DNA of 64,000 nucleotides, from contig CAWCAG010000005.1 of NCBI GenBank assembly GCA_963793425.1, positions 1,440,001-1,504,000 of the forward strand. The letters are read 5' to 3'. Of this stretch, positions 1-9,139 are shown in pieces. The notes beneath the pieces were generated by a model that was given only the letters and a program-made list of their open reading frames with translations, searched no databases and had not been told where the DNA came from. This stretch comes from an uncultured cyanobacterium (GTDB taxonomy: Bacteria; Cyanobacteriota; Cyanobacteriia; Cyanobacteriales; CAWCAG01). The position numbers and the translations under genes were made by a program. How positions within the stretch are numbered: the first letter of the stretch is position 1; each line of letters opens with the position of its first letter.

Positions 1-937
1 ATCAAAGGTTCGGGAACAGTTAACTCCTGAGCAAGTTAAGCAAAATGCTCAAACCTATTTAGATCAACTTCATTCTGTACTTGATTTTGATCATCAGGAA
101 CGTTTAGAAATTCGTTACAATTCTGAATGGCTAAGTAAGTTGGATATGGTCAAAATCCTAGAGCTGTTGTCTAGGATGACTGTGGGACAGATGTTAGCAA
201 AAGAAGGATTCGCTGAACGCTACGAAAAAGAAAATCCAATTTACCTCCATGAGTTTCTTTATCCTCTGATGCAGGGCTACGATTCTGTGGCAGTGAAGGC
301 AGATGTGGAATTGGGAGGGACTGACCAAAAATTTAATATTGCTGTGGGGCGAGACTTACAAAGGCATTTTAAACAAAAACCTCAATTTGGTTTGTTGTTA
401 CCAATTTTGATTGGTACGGATGGGGTACAAAAAATGTCTAAATCTCTTGACAATTACGTTGGTTTAAAAGATGGCGCTTTCCGGATGTACTCTGAACTGC
501 AAAAAGTGTCGGATGCTTTATTAAGTCAGTATTTTGAGCTGCTTACTAATTTTTCCTTAAATGAGTTACCAGAAAATCCGCGAGAATGTCAAAAGCTTTT
601 AGCTTTAGAAGTTACTAAACAGTTTCATGGGGAAGGGGCAGCAAAACTAGCTCAAAAAGATGCTGAAAAAATAGCTCAAGGAAATACTGCTGCCGCGAAA
701 GCAATACCAGAATATTCTTTATCGGAAGTAAAGTTTCCTGCTAAGTTATTTTACCTTTTAGGGGCAAGCGGTTTGTGTAAAAGCAGCAGCGAAGGGCGTA
801 AAAAAGTGCAAGGGGGAGGAGTACGTTTAGAAGGAGAAAAAGTTACAGATGTTAATTTGAGTTTTGATACTCCTGAAGAGTTGGTAAATAAGGTTCTTCA
901 GGTAGGAAAGAACAAATCTGTAAGGCTTGTTCGATGA
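1..937 (+). CDS. tyrS: Tyrosyl-tRNA synthetase (5' partial)
   Basis: Frame open from window start (SKVREQL...EIRYNSEWL); [21 protein letters not shown] motifs; C-terminal S4-like domain. Confidence 0.97.
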   Translation, partial: SKVREQLTPEQVKQNAQTYLDQLHSVLDFDHQERLEIRYNSEWLSKLDMVKILELLSRMTVGQMLAKEGFAERYEKENPIYLHEFLYPLMQGYDSVAVKADVELGGTDQKFNIAVGRDLQRHFKQKPQFGLLLPILIGTDGVQKMSKSLDNYVGLKDGAFRMYSELQKVSDALLSQYFELLTNFSLNELPENPRECQKLLALEVTKQFHGEGAAKLAQKDAEKIAQGNTAAAKAIPEYSLSEVKFPAKLFYLLGASGLCKSSSEGRKKVQGGGVRLEGEKVTDVNLSFDTPEELVNKVLQVGKNKSVRLVR

Positions 938-1017
938 GCAATGATCAGTTAAGTCTATCTAATCATGCTATTTTTAATTCTTGATAAAGAACTGTTCTTT
1001 TAATTGTTATCCCGATT

Positions 1018-1446
1018 ATGGAAACCATCGATACAAAAAAAGCGGCCCAGATGTTAAGGGTTACTCCCAGGCGTGTACTCTATTTGCTCCAGCAAAAACG
1101 TATCCAAGGAGCTTATAAATTGGGCAAAGCTTGGGCGATTCCTTTGTATCGTGGTCAACCCAAGGTTTCTCGTGGTAAGAGAGGGCCGATGCCCCGTTGG
1201 GGTAAACCCTATTCCCCAGCAGTTAAGGTTATTTATGTTAATCGGGAAGTAATTAAAACAAACTGGAAGAAAAATGAGTTTGAACCAGTAATTAGCCTCA
1301 ATCAGAGTAATCAAACCAACATTTACGCTCATCAAGCAGATATCAAAGGCCCTTGTCGCATAATTTATAGTCGTGATAAACCCAATGATGGTGGAGCGAG
1401 GCTATGGATAGAAACTTATGGGGAGGTGGAGATGATATGCCATTGA
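1018..1446 (+). CDS. Excisionase/MerR-like HTH DNA-binding protein with uncharacterised C-terminal domain
   Basis: N-terminal TKKAAQMLRVTPRRVLYLL...GAYKLGKAWAIP HTH-wing pattern. Confidence 0.7.
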   Translation: METIDTKKAAQMLRVTPRRVLYLLQQKRIQGAYKLGKAWAIPLYRGQPKVSRGKRGPMPRWGKPYSPAVKVIYVNREVIKTNWKKNEFEPVISLNQSNQTNIYAHQADIKGPCRIIYSRDKPNDGGARLWIETYGEVEMICH

Positions 1447-1512
1447 TTGAACAATAATTCCCAGTGGTAATACTTCAAGATAGAACCGACCCAAAACCTA
1501 ACAGACGCTGTT

Positions 1513-2214
1513 ATGAAATCAATTGAACGTATTATTGTCCCTTTGGATGTATCTAATCTTGAAGAGGCGATCGCCCTTGTGGAGAAATTGCCGGAAGTTG
1601 GTTTTTGGAAAGTTGGTTTAGAGTTATTTGTTAGTAGTGGTCCGGAAATTCTGTATCTACTTAAAAAACGAGACAAACGCATCTTTTTAGATTTAAAGTT
1701 TCATGACATTTCTAACACTGTAGCGGGGGCTTGTCGCGCTGCCACAAACTATGGTGTAGACTTAATCACTATCCATGCTACTGCTGGCCGTCGGGCTTTA
1801 GAAGCGGCGGTAGAAGCTTTAGGAACAGGTGATTCTCGCCCTAAATTACTAGCAATTACTTTGTTAACCAGTTTAAATTCTCGCGACCTCGCTTTTGATT
1901 TGAAAATTCCCCTAGAATTGTCGGAGTATGCTTTGCAAATGGCCTTATTAGCTAAGGAATCTGGTATTGATGGGGCAGTTTGTTCTCCTCAAGAAGTATC
2001 TCAACTAAGGCAAGTTTGCGGTCATGATTTTTTATTAGTCTGTCCTGGAGTGCGGCCAAGTTGGTCAGAAAAAGGTGATCAGAAGCGGTTTATGACCCCA
2101 GCACAAACAATTAAGGCTGGTGCTGACTTTTTGGTGATTGGTAGACCAATTACCAAAGCGGAGGAACCGACAATTGCTTTAGAAAAGATTTGTACAGAAT
2201 TAGGTAATTGCTAA
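1513..2214 (+). CDS. pyrF: Orotidine-5'-phosphate decarboxylase
   Basis: KVGLELF, DLKFHDI, PGVRP, VIGRPI motifs. Confidence 0.97.
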   Translation: MKSIERIIVPLDVSNLEEAIALVEKLPEVGFWKVGLELFVSSGPEILYLLKKRDKRIFLDLKFHDISNTVAGACRAATNYGVDLITIHATAGRRALEAAVEALGTGDSRPKLLAITLLTSLNSRDLAFDLKIPLELSEYALQMALLAKESGIDGAVCSPQEVSQLRQVCGHDFLLVCPGVRPSWSEKGDQKRFMTPAQTIKAGADFLVIGRPITKAEEPTIALEKICTELGNC

Positions 2215-2326
2215 TTGCTATGTTGAAGTTGGTTATTGCTAGATTTACAACCGAATAAAACATAGGAGTTAGTGAACTTGCTGTAAACTGCTGTCAGCTG
2301 GATCACAAGTTCACATTCATCTACCC

Positions 2327-4115
2327 TTATTTGTTGTCCTTAGAGTTACTAATTTTACGACGTGCAATAGAACCAGCACCCATAACACCAAGAGCTAACA
2401 AACTCAATCCTGAAGAAGGTTCAGGAACAGTAGCTGATGTAATAAACCCTTGTCCATTAAGAACTTGACCGAAACCTAACAACTGAAAAGAAAATTTTCG
2501 ATTTATAGGTTGGTTAGGTTGCAAAGCTATAGTCTCCGGATTACCCAAGTCGTCCAGGATAGTTTCATCGTCATCATCTGGTAGCACCGGAATTTCTCCT
2601 AACTCATCCTCAATAATTCTGCCAATCAAACTGGCAGTTGCGGTTTTTCCTTCTAGGACGTTGAAGCTATTTCCAAAGTTAAAATCTAATCCTATTGGTG
2701 GTTGGATCATTACAGCATCTGCACTGGCTATAGGGTCACTAGTATTGGTAGTATTGACAATACTCACCTCGCGCAAAGTTTCAATTGTTTCACCAAATAT
2801 ATTAAGCTGTGGTACATCAAATGTAGTATTCAATAGCAAATCTACTGAACCTATACCAGTACCTCCTTGTATCTCTCCATTAGTAAAAGTGATTGTCCCA
2901 GCTACAAAAGCTTCACCTAAATTAGAAGCAAAATTGTTTTCGATAACGGATAAACTACTGGCGAGGGCAGGGGGATCGAAAGAAACAGGAGGATCTACAG
3001 CAACTCCCCATTCGATGCTATTAGTTCCTATACCTGTAACAGTTGCATTAGGGGAAGACTCTAAGTCTGGATTTATAAATGTTGAGCTACTGATTCCTTC
3101 TAGAGTGGTATCTTCATTAAAAAACCAATTAATATCAGGATTAAACAAAATATTGGCATTTTCATAAACTATATGATCCGTACCTGAAAGGAAACGGCCC
3201 CTCGTGATCGGGCAACTGCAAATGCAGTCTCATCAAAATCAATGACTATATCTGCATCAGCGGTCAATCCAGCATAATTAAGCAAGAACGTATAGTCATC
3301 TTCTGTCCCTGCTATTTCATCAAGTCCAGTTAAAGAATATAAGATGCCAGCTACATCATCAGCAGTTAAACTCCTTTGAGCTTCATCAGAGCGTTGTTCC
3401 TGTTGCAAAACAGCTTCAGTGCTGTTAAAATCAAGGTTTTCTCCTACATCGCGATCTGCATTAGTAGAGTAGTTACTACCGTTGGGTAAGTTGGCTATAT
3501 CTCGACTATAAGTGGTTGAGTCTACAATCCCTAAACTAGTATCAAAAGGATTGTTGTCAGCAATTCGGAAGTAATTAAGATTGACATCATCGCCCCGGAT
3601 ATCATCAGCAGAGCCAATTATGCCATCTGTTCCTGGATTAACATCAAATACACCATTATTCCCAGAGCTAGCTTGTGTGTAGTTTCGCTCATTGTCATCA
3701 ACCCCAGATTGAAAACCTAAATTAGGATGATCTAAGCCTAGAGTGTGGCCTATTTCATGTAAAACAGCCGACTCGAAGTCATACAAATTATTTGGTATAT
3801 TGTTGTTATTACCAAAAGCTAGATTGCCCGTTGTGGGATTCAGAATATTCCACGTATTTATTGCATTTATGACAGAGGTTACTGAGTTATTCGCAAATAG
3901 ACTAGTTGGATCTATACCAACATCTATTATTAAATTTCCTCCAGTACCATCGTAGCCAATTTGATGGGTTACTACATCAAAACCGTTGGCTTCTCCCGCT
4001 CCTACAAAGGCAAAAGCATCAATTCGTTTAGCTGTGCCTATTACCATTGTCATAGATAATAAACTGATACCTACTATTCTTAATCTCTTTAAACTCTCTG
4101 AACCAGTAAGTACAT
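2327..4115 (-). CDS. Secreted metzincin (matrixin-like) protease with PEP-CTERM anchor; two apparent frameshifts (near 4092 and 3200)
   Basis: HEIGHTLGLDH zinc motif in ORF 3169-4053; VPEP + TM + basic tail in ORF 2327-3148. One base added to the C4 run at 3198-3201 joins them; one base added at 4091-4093 gives signal peptide MYLLVQRVLKRLRIVGISLLSM. Confidence 0.8.
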
Positions 4116-4264
4116 TATCTTTGATGGTAGTTTGGATTAAAGTCCTGCCTTACGAGCCTTACGTCGGAAAATTTGTCATTTCAATTCTACAACTTGAAGT
4201 TCTCTACGAATAGCTCAAACTCGTATTAACGATTTTTCAATGAAATTCCCCAAAACTATTCTCT

Positions 4265-4314
4265 AGTCATGTTCAGATGACTTATGCTGTAAGCCAGCGA
4301 ATTTATTCGTAGGC
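4265..4314. repeat. Bipartite double-hairpin short dispersed repeat
   Basis: AGTCAT-gttcag-ATGACT followed by GCCagCGAAT-tt-ATTCGtaGGC. Confidence 0.5.
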
Positions 4315-4363
4315 GGTATATTGATACCAGAGCCTATTATCAATAACGAATGTTAAATGATCA

Positions 4364-4912
4364 ATGAAAAACAGCTTATTAATTATTGGTATCATCCAAA
4401 CTTTTAACTTCTTAACTTTTTTGCCAGCCAATGCTCAAAACTCTTCTTATTCTTGCCCGGAGGATGTAGAAATTTTAACAGAAAAAATGCTAATAGATTT
4501 ACCTCATTATGCTAACCGAGTTATTCAAAGAGCGCGAAGGTTAGAGCGGGAAGTGGATTTATATAGCTATGTTCTTCTGGCAGGAAAGCCGGAGTTTGAA
4601 CCTCTTGAACTTACTCCTAATCAATATAGTTCTGTTCCTCCTATCGAAGAACAACTTGAACCGCCGGAACAAATATTTTTCACAACCTTAGAAAGGCAAT
4701 ACATTAATAATAAAGTTGAGAAAAGACAAAATTATCATTGGTTGTTTTTATCTCAAACCGAGGAAGGTTGGAGAATGTCAATGGTTTTTTCTCGCTTTGG
4801 TTCTAACCTAGAAAAACGCCCCCCAACTCCACCAAGAGAAACTAGTGATAGTGTTATTGGTCAAGCGGTTAGTTTGTGGTTGAGGGATTGTCGGGCAGGG
4901 GTTATTAAGTAA
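4364..4912 (+). CDS. Conserved cyanobacterial exported hypothetical protein
   Basis: Signal peptide; DLPHYANRVIQR, FFTTLERQY, WLRDCRAG blocks. Confidence 0.75.
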   Translation: MKNSLLIIGIIQTFNFLTFLPANAQNSSYSCPEDVEILTEKMLIDLPHYANRVIQRARRLEREVDLYSYVLLAGKPEFEPLELTPNQYSSVPPIEEQLEPPEQIFFTTLERQYINNKVEKRQNYHWLFLSQTEEGWRMSMVFSRFGSNLEKRPPTPPRETSDSVIGQAVSLWLRDCRAGVIK

Positions 4913-4990
4913 TAAGTAATAAGTAATAAGTAATAAGTAATAAGTAATAAGTAATAAGTAATGGGTAATGTGTAATGGGTAATGGGTTAA
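4906..4990 (+). repeat. STRR heptamer tract (TAAGTAA)8 then (TGGGTAA)-like x4
   Basis: Read directly; inverted degenerate TTACTTA copies near 5366-5389. Confidence 0.95.
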
Positions 4991-5011
4991 TATTGGAGAG
5001 GGGATAAATAA

Positions 5012-5350
5012 ATGAAAATAATTAAGTTGGGTTTGATTTCTATTTTGGTTAACTTTGCTTTTGTGGAAGCAAGTTTAGCTGATTTTAATCCTATTGATCG
5101 CTTCAACTGTAGTTATGGAGGCAAAAGACTGTATGGCAAGGTGCAAATTGTTGAGAATTTTCCTGATGTTAAAGTTAAAGTTGTGGCGGCTGATGCTGAT
5201 TTAATGGTTAAGCAAGTTCAAATTTTTCCTAGTAGATGCGGAGAATGGCAAATTGTGGATGCTTTTGCCGATTTGAGGGTTAAATTTGTGGAAAGTTCTC
5301 CTGATTTCACAGTTCAATTTGTTTACAATAGTTCTGGAATTGGTCAGTAA
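5012..5350 (+). CDS. Exported small protein with FPD/ADL tandem repeats (DUF6150 / 7-1 knot-like family)
   Basis: Signal peptide; repeats ENFPDVKVKVV / DADLMVKQV / AFADLRVKFV / SSPDFTVQFV. Confidence 0.6.
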   Translation: MKIIKLGLISILVNFAFVEASLADFNPIDRFNCSYGGKRLYGKVQIVENFPDVKVKVVAADADLMVKQVQIFPSRCGEWQIVDAFADLRVKFVESSPDFTVQFVYNSSGIGQ

Positions 5351-5390
5351 TATTCAGATTTCTACTTATTACTTCTTACTTATTACTTAA

Positions 5391-6149
5391 TTAAATTAAA
5401 CCTTCTAATTCTAACTCTTCAATCATCTGTAAGCCCCGTGGATCTCCTACTTTAAGAATCGCTGCTCTAGCATCTTCTTTAACCCCGACATCTTCATCTT
5501 CAACTAAAGCTTCAATTAAGGCATCCACTGCTGTAGCATAAACAACATTAGAAGGTAATTCTCGACATAACTTACCTAAAGACCAAGCACAGTTACTTCT
5601 AATCGCTGCTACAGAATCTCGTCTTAAACCTTGAATTAAAGGGGGTATCGCTTCAATGACATCTTCATATTCTAAATTAGCAACTTGACCTAAAGAACTT
5701 GCTGCCCATAAACGTACCGCAGAAATATCAGTTTTCAGTGCTTCGATTAAAGGTTGAAGAGAACGGCGATCGCGGCAGTTTCCTAAAGCCCAGACCACTC
5801 CTTTACGGACATAACCATTCCAATCCTTATTTAATTGCTTGATGAGGGCTTCTACTGCCTTAGAACTAGGATTCCGACCTAAAGCGTAAGCTGCACTAAC
5901 CCTAACGAGAGGACAAACATCCTGAAGCAAGGCAATCAATTGGGGAATAGCCCGACTATCTTTGATTTCACAAAAAGCACGGGCTGCCAACATTCGCTGG
6001 GAAGAATTTGGTGCAGAAAGCAACGCCAGCATTTTTTCAGGATTTGGCAAAGGCTTGGTTTCCGCCTCATCCACAGGTTCCATCTGGTCTAAGGGACTTT
6101 CTAGCTGGGCATCCGGATCGATTACAAGTAGCTCGTCATCATCATGCAT
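5391..6149 (-). CDS. HEAT repeat (PBS lyase-like) protein
   Basis: Repeats VRVSAAYALG, VRKGVVWALG, VRLWAASSLG. Confidence 0.9.
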   Translation of the reverse strand: MHDDDELLVIDPDAQLESPLDQMEPVDEAETKPLPNPEKMLALLSAPNSSQRMLAARAFCEIKDSRAIPQLIALLQDVCPLVRVSAAYALGRNPSSKAVEALIKQLNKDWNGYVRKGVVWALGNCRDRRSLQPLIEALKTDISAVRLWAASSLGQVANLEYEDVIEAIPPLIQGLRRDSVAAIRSNCAWSLGKLCRELPSNVVYATAVDALIEALVEDEDVGVKEDARAAILKVGDPRGLQMIEELELEGLI

Positions 6150-6196
6150 GACTACTATTTTATCTTAATGTTGCCTCAGTTTTGCGCTTATTGTCA

Positions 6197-6667
6197 CTAA
6201 AAGGCTTTGACCATTTGGAGGGAGTTGGTTTGATAGCCTAAGCGTTGATACAATTTAATTGCCACTTGGTTATTCGGGAAAACTTGTAAGCTAATTTGAT
6301 GATCCCCCCTCGAAGCTGACCATTCTTGAGCATATTCTAATAAATTAGAAGCGATACCTTGTTGACGATAGGGTGGAGATACATAAACAAGGAAAATATG
6401 GCCGTGGCGATCGCCGTTAATCTGATCAATGGTATTACCCAACCAAAGACAGGCGATGGGAGTGATTATTTCTGTTGTGATGGGCTGCACAAACCACAGA
6501 GGTGTTTGGGCAGAGAAATACTTTTCTACCGTTTCGTTTAAATGAGAAAAATCTTTTTGTTCAGGAAAAAGCTCTTGATAGGTTTGGTGCATAAACTTAA
6601 TAAGTAAAGCACGCTCAGTGCCAGTTCCAATTTTCAACTCATATCCAGGAAGTAGTTGTTCAGACAC
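6197..6667 (-). CDS. GNAT N-acetyltransferase
   Basis: YVSPPYRQQGIA motif A; NQVAIKLYQRLGY motif B. Confidence 0.9.
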   Translation of the reverse strand: MSEQLLPGYELKIGTGTERALLIKFMHQTYQELFPEQKDFSHLNETVEKYFSAQTPLWFVQPITTEIITPIACLWLGNTIDQINGDRHGHIFLVYVSPPYRQQGIASNLLEYAQEWSASRGDHQISLQVFPNNQVAIKLYQRLGYQTNSLQMVKAF

Positions 6668-6833
6668 AATGAATTAAGTTAATAGCTATTTAAGGATGCG
6701 AGTTAGAACCAATTTTGAGGTAATCTTGAGAAATCAATGGGGGGCTTAGCCCCTCCTTTTAGAGGCAGAATCTTCCTTTATCTAGCTTAATTCAATCCTA
6801 CAGGCTAGAAAAGGGATTAAGGTAATCAAAACC

Positions 6834-7910
6834 ATGGGCGAACAATTTAACCAAGACAGGAACAGTAATTACGCAATCTACCGTATTTTAGATGCTAACT
6901 TAGACCGAGCCAGAGAAGGACTACGGATTATTGAAGAATGGTGTCGATTTGGACTTAATAGTAGCGAAATGGCGGCAGAATGTAAACAAATGCGCCAAGA
7001 ATTGGCTCGTTGGCACAATGCGGAATTGCGTGCAGCAAGGGATACTCCTGGGGACTTAGGAACAGAACTTTCTCACCCCCAAGAAGAACAACGGACTAGT
7101 ATTGAACAGCTACTTCAAGCGAATTTATGTCGGGTACAAGAAGCTTTGCGGGTTTTGGAAGAATATGGCAAATTATATAAACCCAAAATGGGCGCTACCT
7201 TTAAGCAAATGCGCTATCGAGTTTATACCTTAGAAAGTAATTTAATCGCTTATAAACGCCACCAACAACTCAAAAATGCTTTTTTATATTTGGTAACATC
7301 TCCTAGTGAAAAGCTTCTCCCGACTGTGGAAGCAGCACTGCAAGGAGGCTTAGCATTGGTACAGTATCGAGATAAAAATGCCGATGATACAATCCGTCTT
7401 GCTAATGCTCAAAAAATGTGCCAGTTGTGCCACAATTATGGCGCTTTGTTTATTATGAATGACAGAGTAGATTTAGCTTTAGCTGTTAATGCTGATGGGG
7501 TACATTTAGGACAACAAGATGTACCAATCACCTTAGCAAGAAAATTATTAGGACAACAACGCCTCATTGGTCGTTCCACCACTAACCCAGAAGAAATGCA
7601 ACGGGCGATCGCACAAGGAGCAGATTATATTGGTGTGGGGCCAGTTTATGAAACTCCTACCAAAGCAGGTAAAGCAGCAGCAGGACATGATTATCTACGT
7701 TATGCGGCTGAAAATGCTACAGTTCCTTGGTTTGCTATTGGGGGAATTGATACCAATAATCTTCAGGATGTTTTGCAATCTGGAGCAAAAAGAGTAGCTG
7801 TAGTGAGGGCAATTATGGAAGCGGAACAACCTACTCCCATAACTCAGTATTTTATCTCTCAACTCGCCAATAATCATCATAATCTCGTCCATCTTCTAAA
7901 CCATGACTAA
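6834..7910 (+). CDS. thiE: Thiamine-phosphate synthase with N-terminal ThiD2 domain
   Basis: RILDANLDRAREGLR N-domain; QYRDK, NDRVD, GVHLGQQD, TPTK, AIGGI. Confidence 0.95.
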   Translation: MGEQFNQDRNSNYAIYRILDANLDRAREGLRIIEEWCRFGLNSSEMAAECKQMRQELARWHNAELRAARDTPGDLGTELSHPQEEQRTSIEQLLQANLCRVQEALRVLEEYGKLYKPKMGATFKQMRYRVYTLESNLIAYKRHQQLKNAFLYLVTSPSEKLLPTVEAALQGGLALVQYRDKNADDTIRLANAQKMCQLCHNYGALFIMNDRVDLALAVNADGVHLGQQDVPITLARKLLGQQRLIGRSTTNPEEMQRAIAQGADYIGVGPVYETPTKAGKAAAGHDYLRYAAENATVPWFAIGGIDTNNLQDVLQSGAKRVAVVRAIMEAEQPTPITQYFISQLANNHHNLVHLLNHD

Positions 7911-8124
7911 TCCTATCCCTGAAATTAATTTACAAGTTAATGGTGAAGTACAGACCTGTGATTCAGGAACGAAGTTACCTCAGTTACTTGAAAAAATGGG
8001 CTTGAATCCCCGTTTAGTAGCTGTTGAATATAATGGCGAGATTTTACACCGCCAATATTGGGCAGATACGCAAATAAAGGAAGGCGATCGCTTAGAAGTT
8101 GTCACTATTGTTGGGGGTGGCTAA
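7903..8124 (+). CDS. thiS: Sulfur carrier protein ThiS
   Basis: VAVEYNGEI; C-terminal VGGG; overlaps thiE stop. Confidence 0.95.
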   Translation: MTNPIPEINLQVNGEVQTCDSGTKLPQLLEKMGLNPRLVAVEYNGEILHRQYWADTQIKEGDRLEVVTIVGGG

Positions 8125-8136
8125 TTATTAGTTGGG

Positions 8137-8210
8137 AAAAGTAATAAGTAATAAGTAATAAGTAATAAGTAATAAGTTTAATCTATATACCATTACTTTG
8201 GACAAAGATT
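8137..8210 (+). repeat. Composite repeat: (AAGTAAT)5 + 37-nt tail, copy 1
   Basis: Tail matches 27864-27900 at 34/37 positions. Confidence 0.85.
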
Positions 8211-8284
8211 GAAAAAAATAGGGATTTTAGAGGCTGAGTGCGTGAGTCCTACACTAATACCTAAAAAAGGGAAGAATTAAAGCG

Positions 8285-8935
8285 ATGCTATTAGAATTAA
8301 AAAGATTTTCTGCACCTGTTGGTCAAAAATTGCTGTTAAAAGATGTCACTTGGCCAGAATTTGAAGGTATCTTGCAAGAATTAGGTGAACATCGTAATAG
8401 CAGAATTGCTTATGATCAGGGAAAATTAGAAATTATGACCCCTTTACCAGAACATGAAGTTAATAAAGTTTTTGTGGGGGATTTTATCAAAGTATTATTA
8501 GAAGAATTAGATATAGAATTTTATCCTCTAGGTTCAACAACATTTAAAAATGAACTAATGCAACAAGGAATAGAACCAGATGATTGTTTTTATATTGAAA
8601 ATGAAGCCGCTATTAGAGGGAAAAATCGCCTCGATTTAACCATTGACCCCCCACCAGATTTAGCCTTAGAAATTGATATTACCTCTCGTACCCATCCCCA
8701 GATTTATGAAGCTTTAGGAGTTGGGGAATTGTGGCGTTTTGAACAAGGAAAGTTAAAGATTTATCAGCTACAAAAAGGTGGCTATGTTGAAACAGTTTTT
8801 AGTCCTCATTTCCCTGATTTTCCCTTAACTGAAGTTATTCCAGAGTATTTAAACAAAGTTAAGCAACAGGGAAGAAATAAAACGATGCGGGAGTTTAGAG
8901 AGTGGGTGACATCTATGATTAAATTTGGTTTGTAA
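8285..8935 (+). CDS. Uma2 family (PD-(D/E)xK) endonuclease-like protein
   Basis: LEIMTPLPEHE, EPDDCFYI, PPPDLALEIDITS, LGVGELW. Confidence 0.92.
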   Translation: MLLELKRFSAPVGQKLLLKDVTWPEFEGILQELGEHRNSRIAYDQGKLEIMTPLPEHEVNKVFVGDFIKVLLEELDIEFYPLGSTTFKNELMQQGIEPDDCFYIENEAAIRGKNRLDLTIDPPPDLALEIDITSRTHPQIYEALGVGELWRFEQGKLKIYQLQKGGYVETVFSPHFPDFPLTEVIPEYLNKVKQQGRNKTMREFREWVTSMIKFGL

Positions 8936-9139
8936 GCTCGAAATTTGTCTGAAAAAACACCAAAGTAACTGATAAAATCTGGAAAGGTGGCGCTTACATA
9001 GCAAATCTTACCTTGAATTACTAGTTAGCCTGCTTGCAATCTTATTTAGGAAAGCATTTCCAAGTCTTTTTATAAGGTGGCTTAGGTTGCAGTTTTTGAA
9101 GTAAGTGAGATGTAATTGAGATAGTCAACAAGGTAAATT

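Noticed and set aside
2661..3167. Antisense or overlapping ORFs in the track (e.g. 1054-1335, 2661-3167, 10737-10991, 11774-12183, 18992-19324, 31812-32129, 45832-46194, 54952-55302)
   Set aside because: Shadows of well-supported genes with no recognisable motifs
4906..4990. Heptamer tracts here and near 15807, 22503, 36523, 43063, 43137, 50676 and 57640 as a novel element
   Set aside because: Ordinary cyanobacterial STRR-type repeats
6670..6833. TPP riboswitch upstream of thiE
   Set aside because: Only a short GGGGCTTAGCCCC hairpin; conserved TPP aptamer motifs not found
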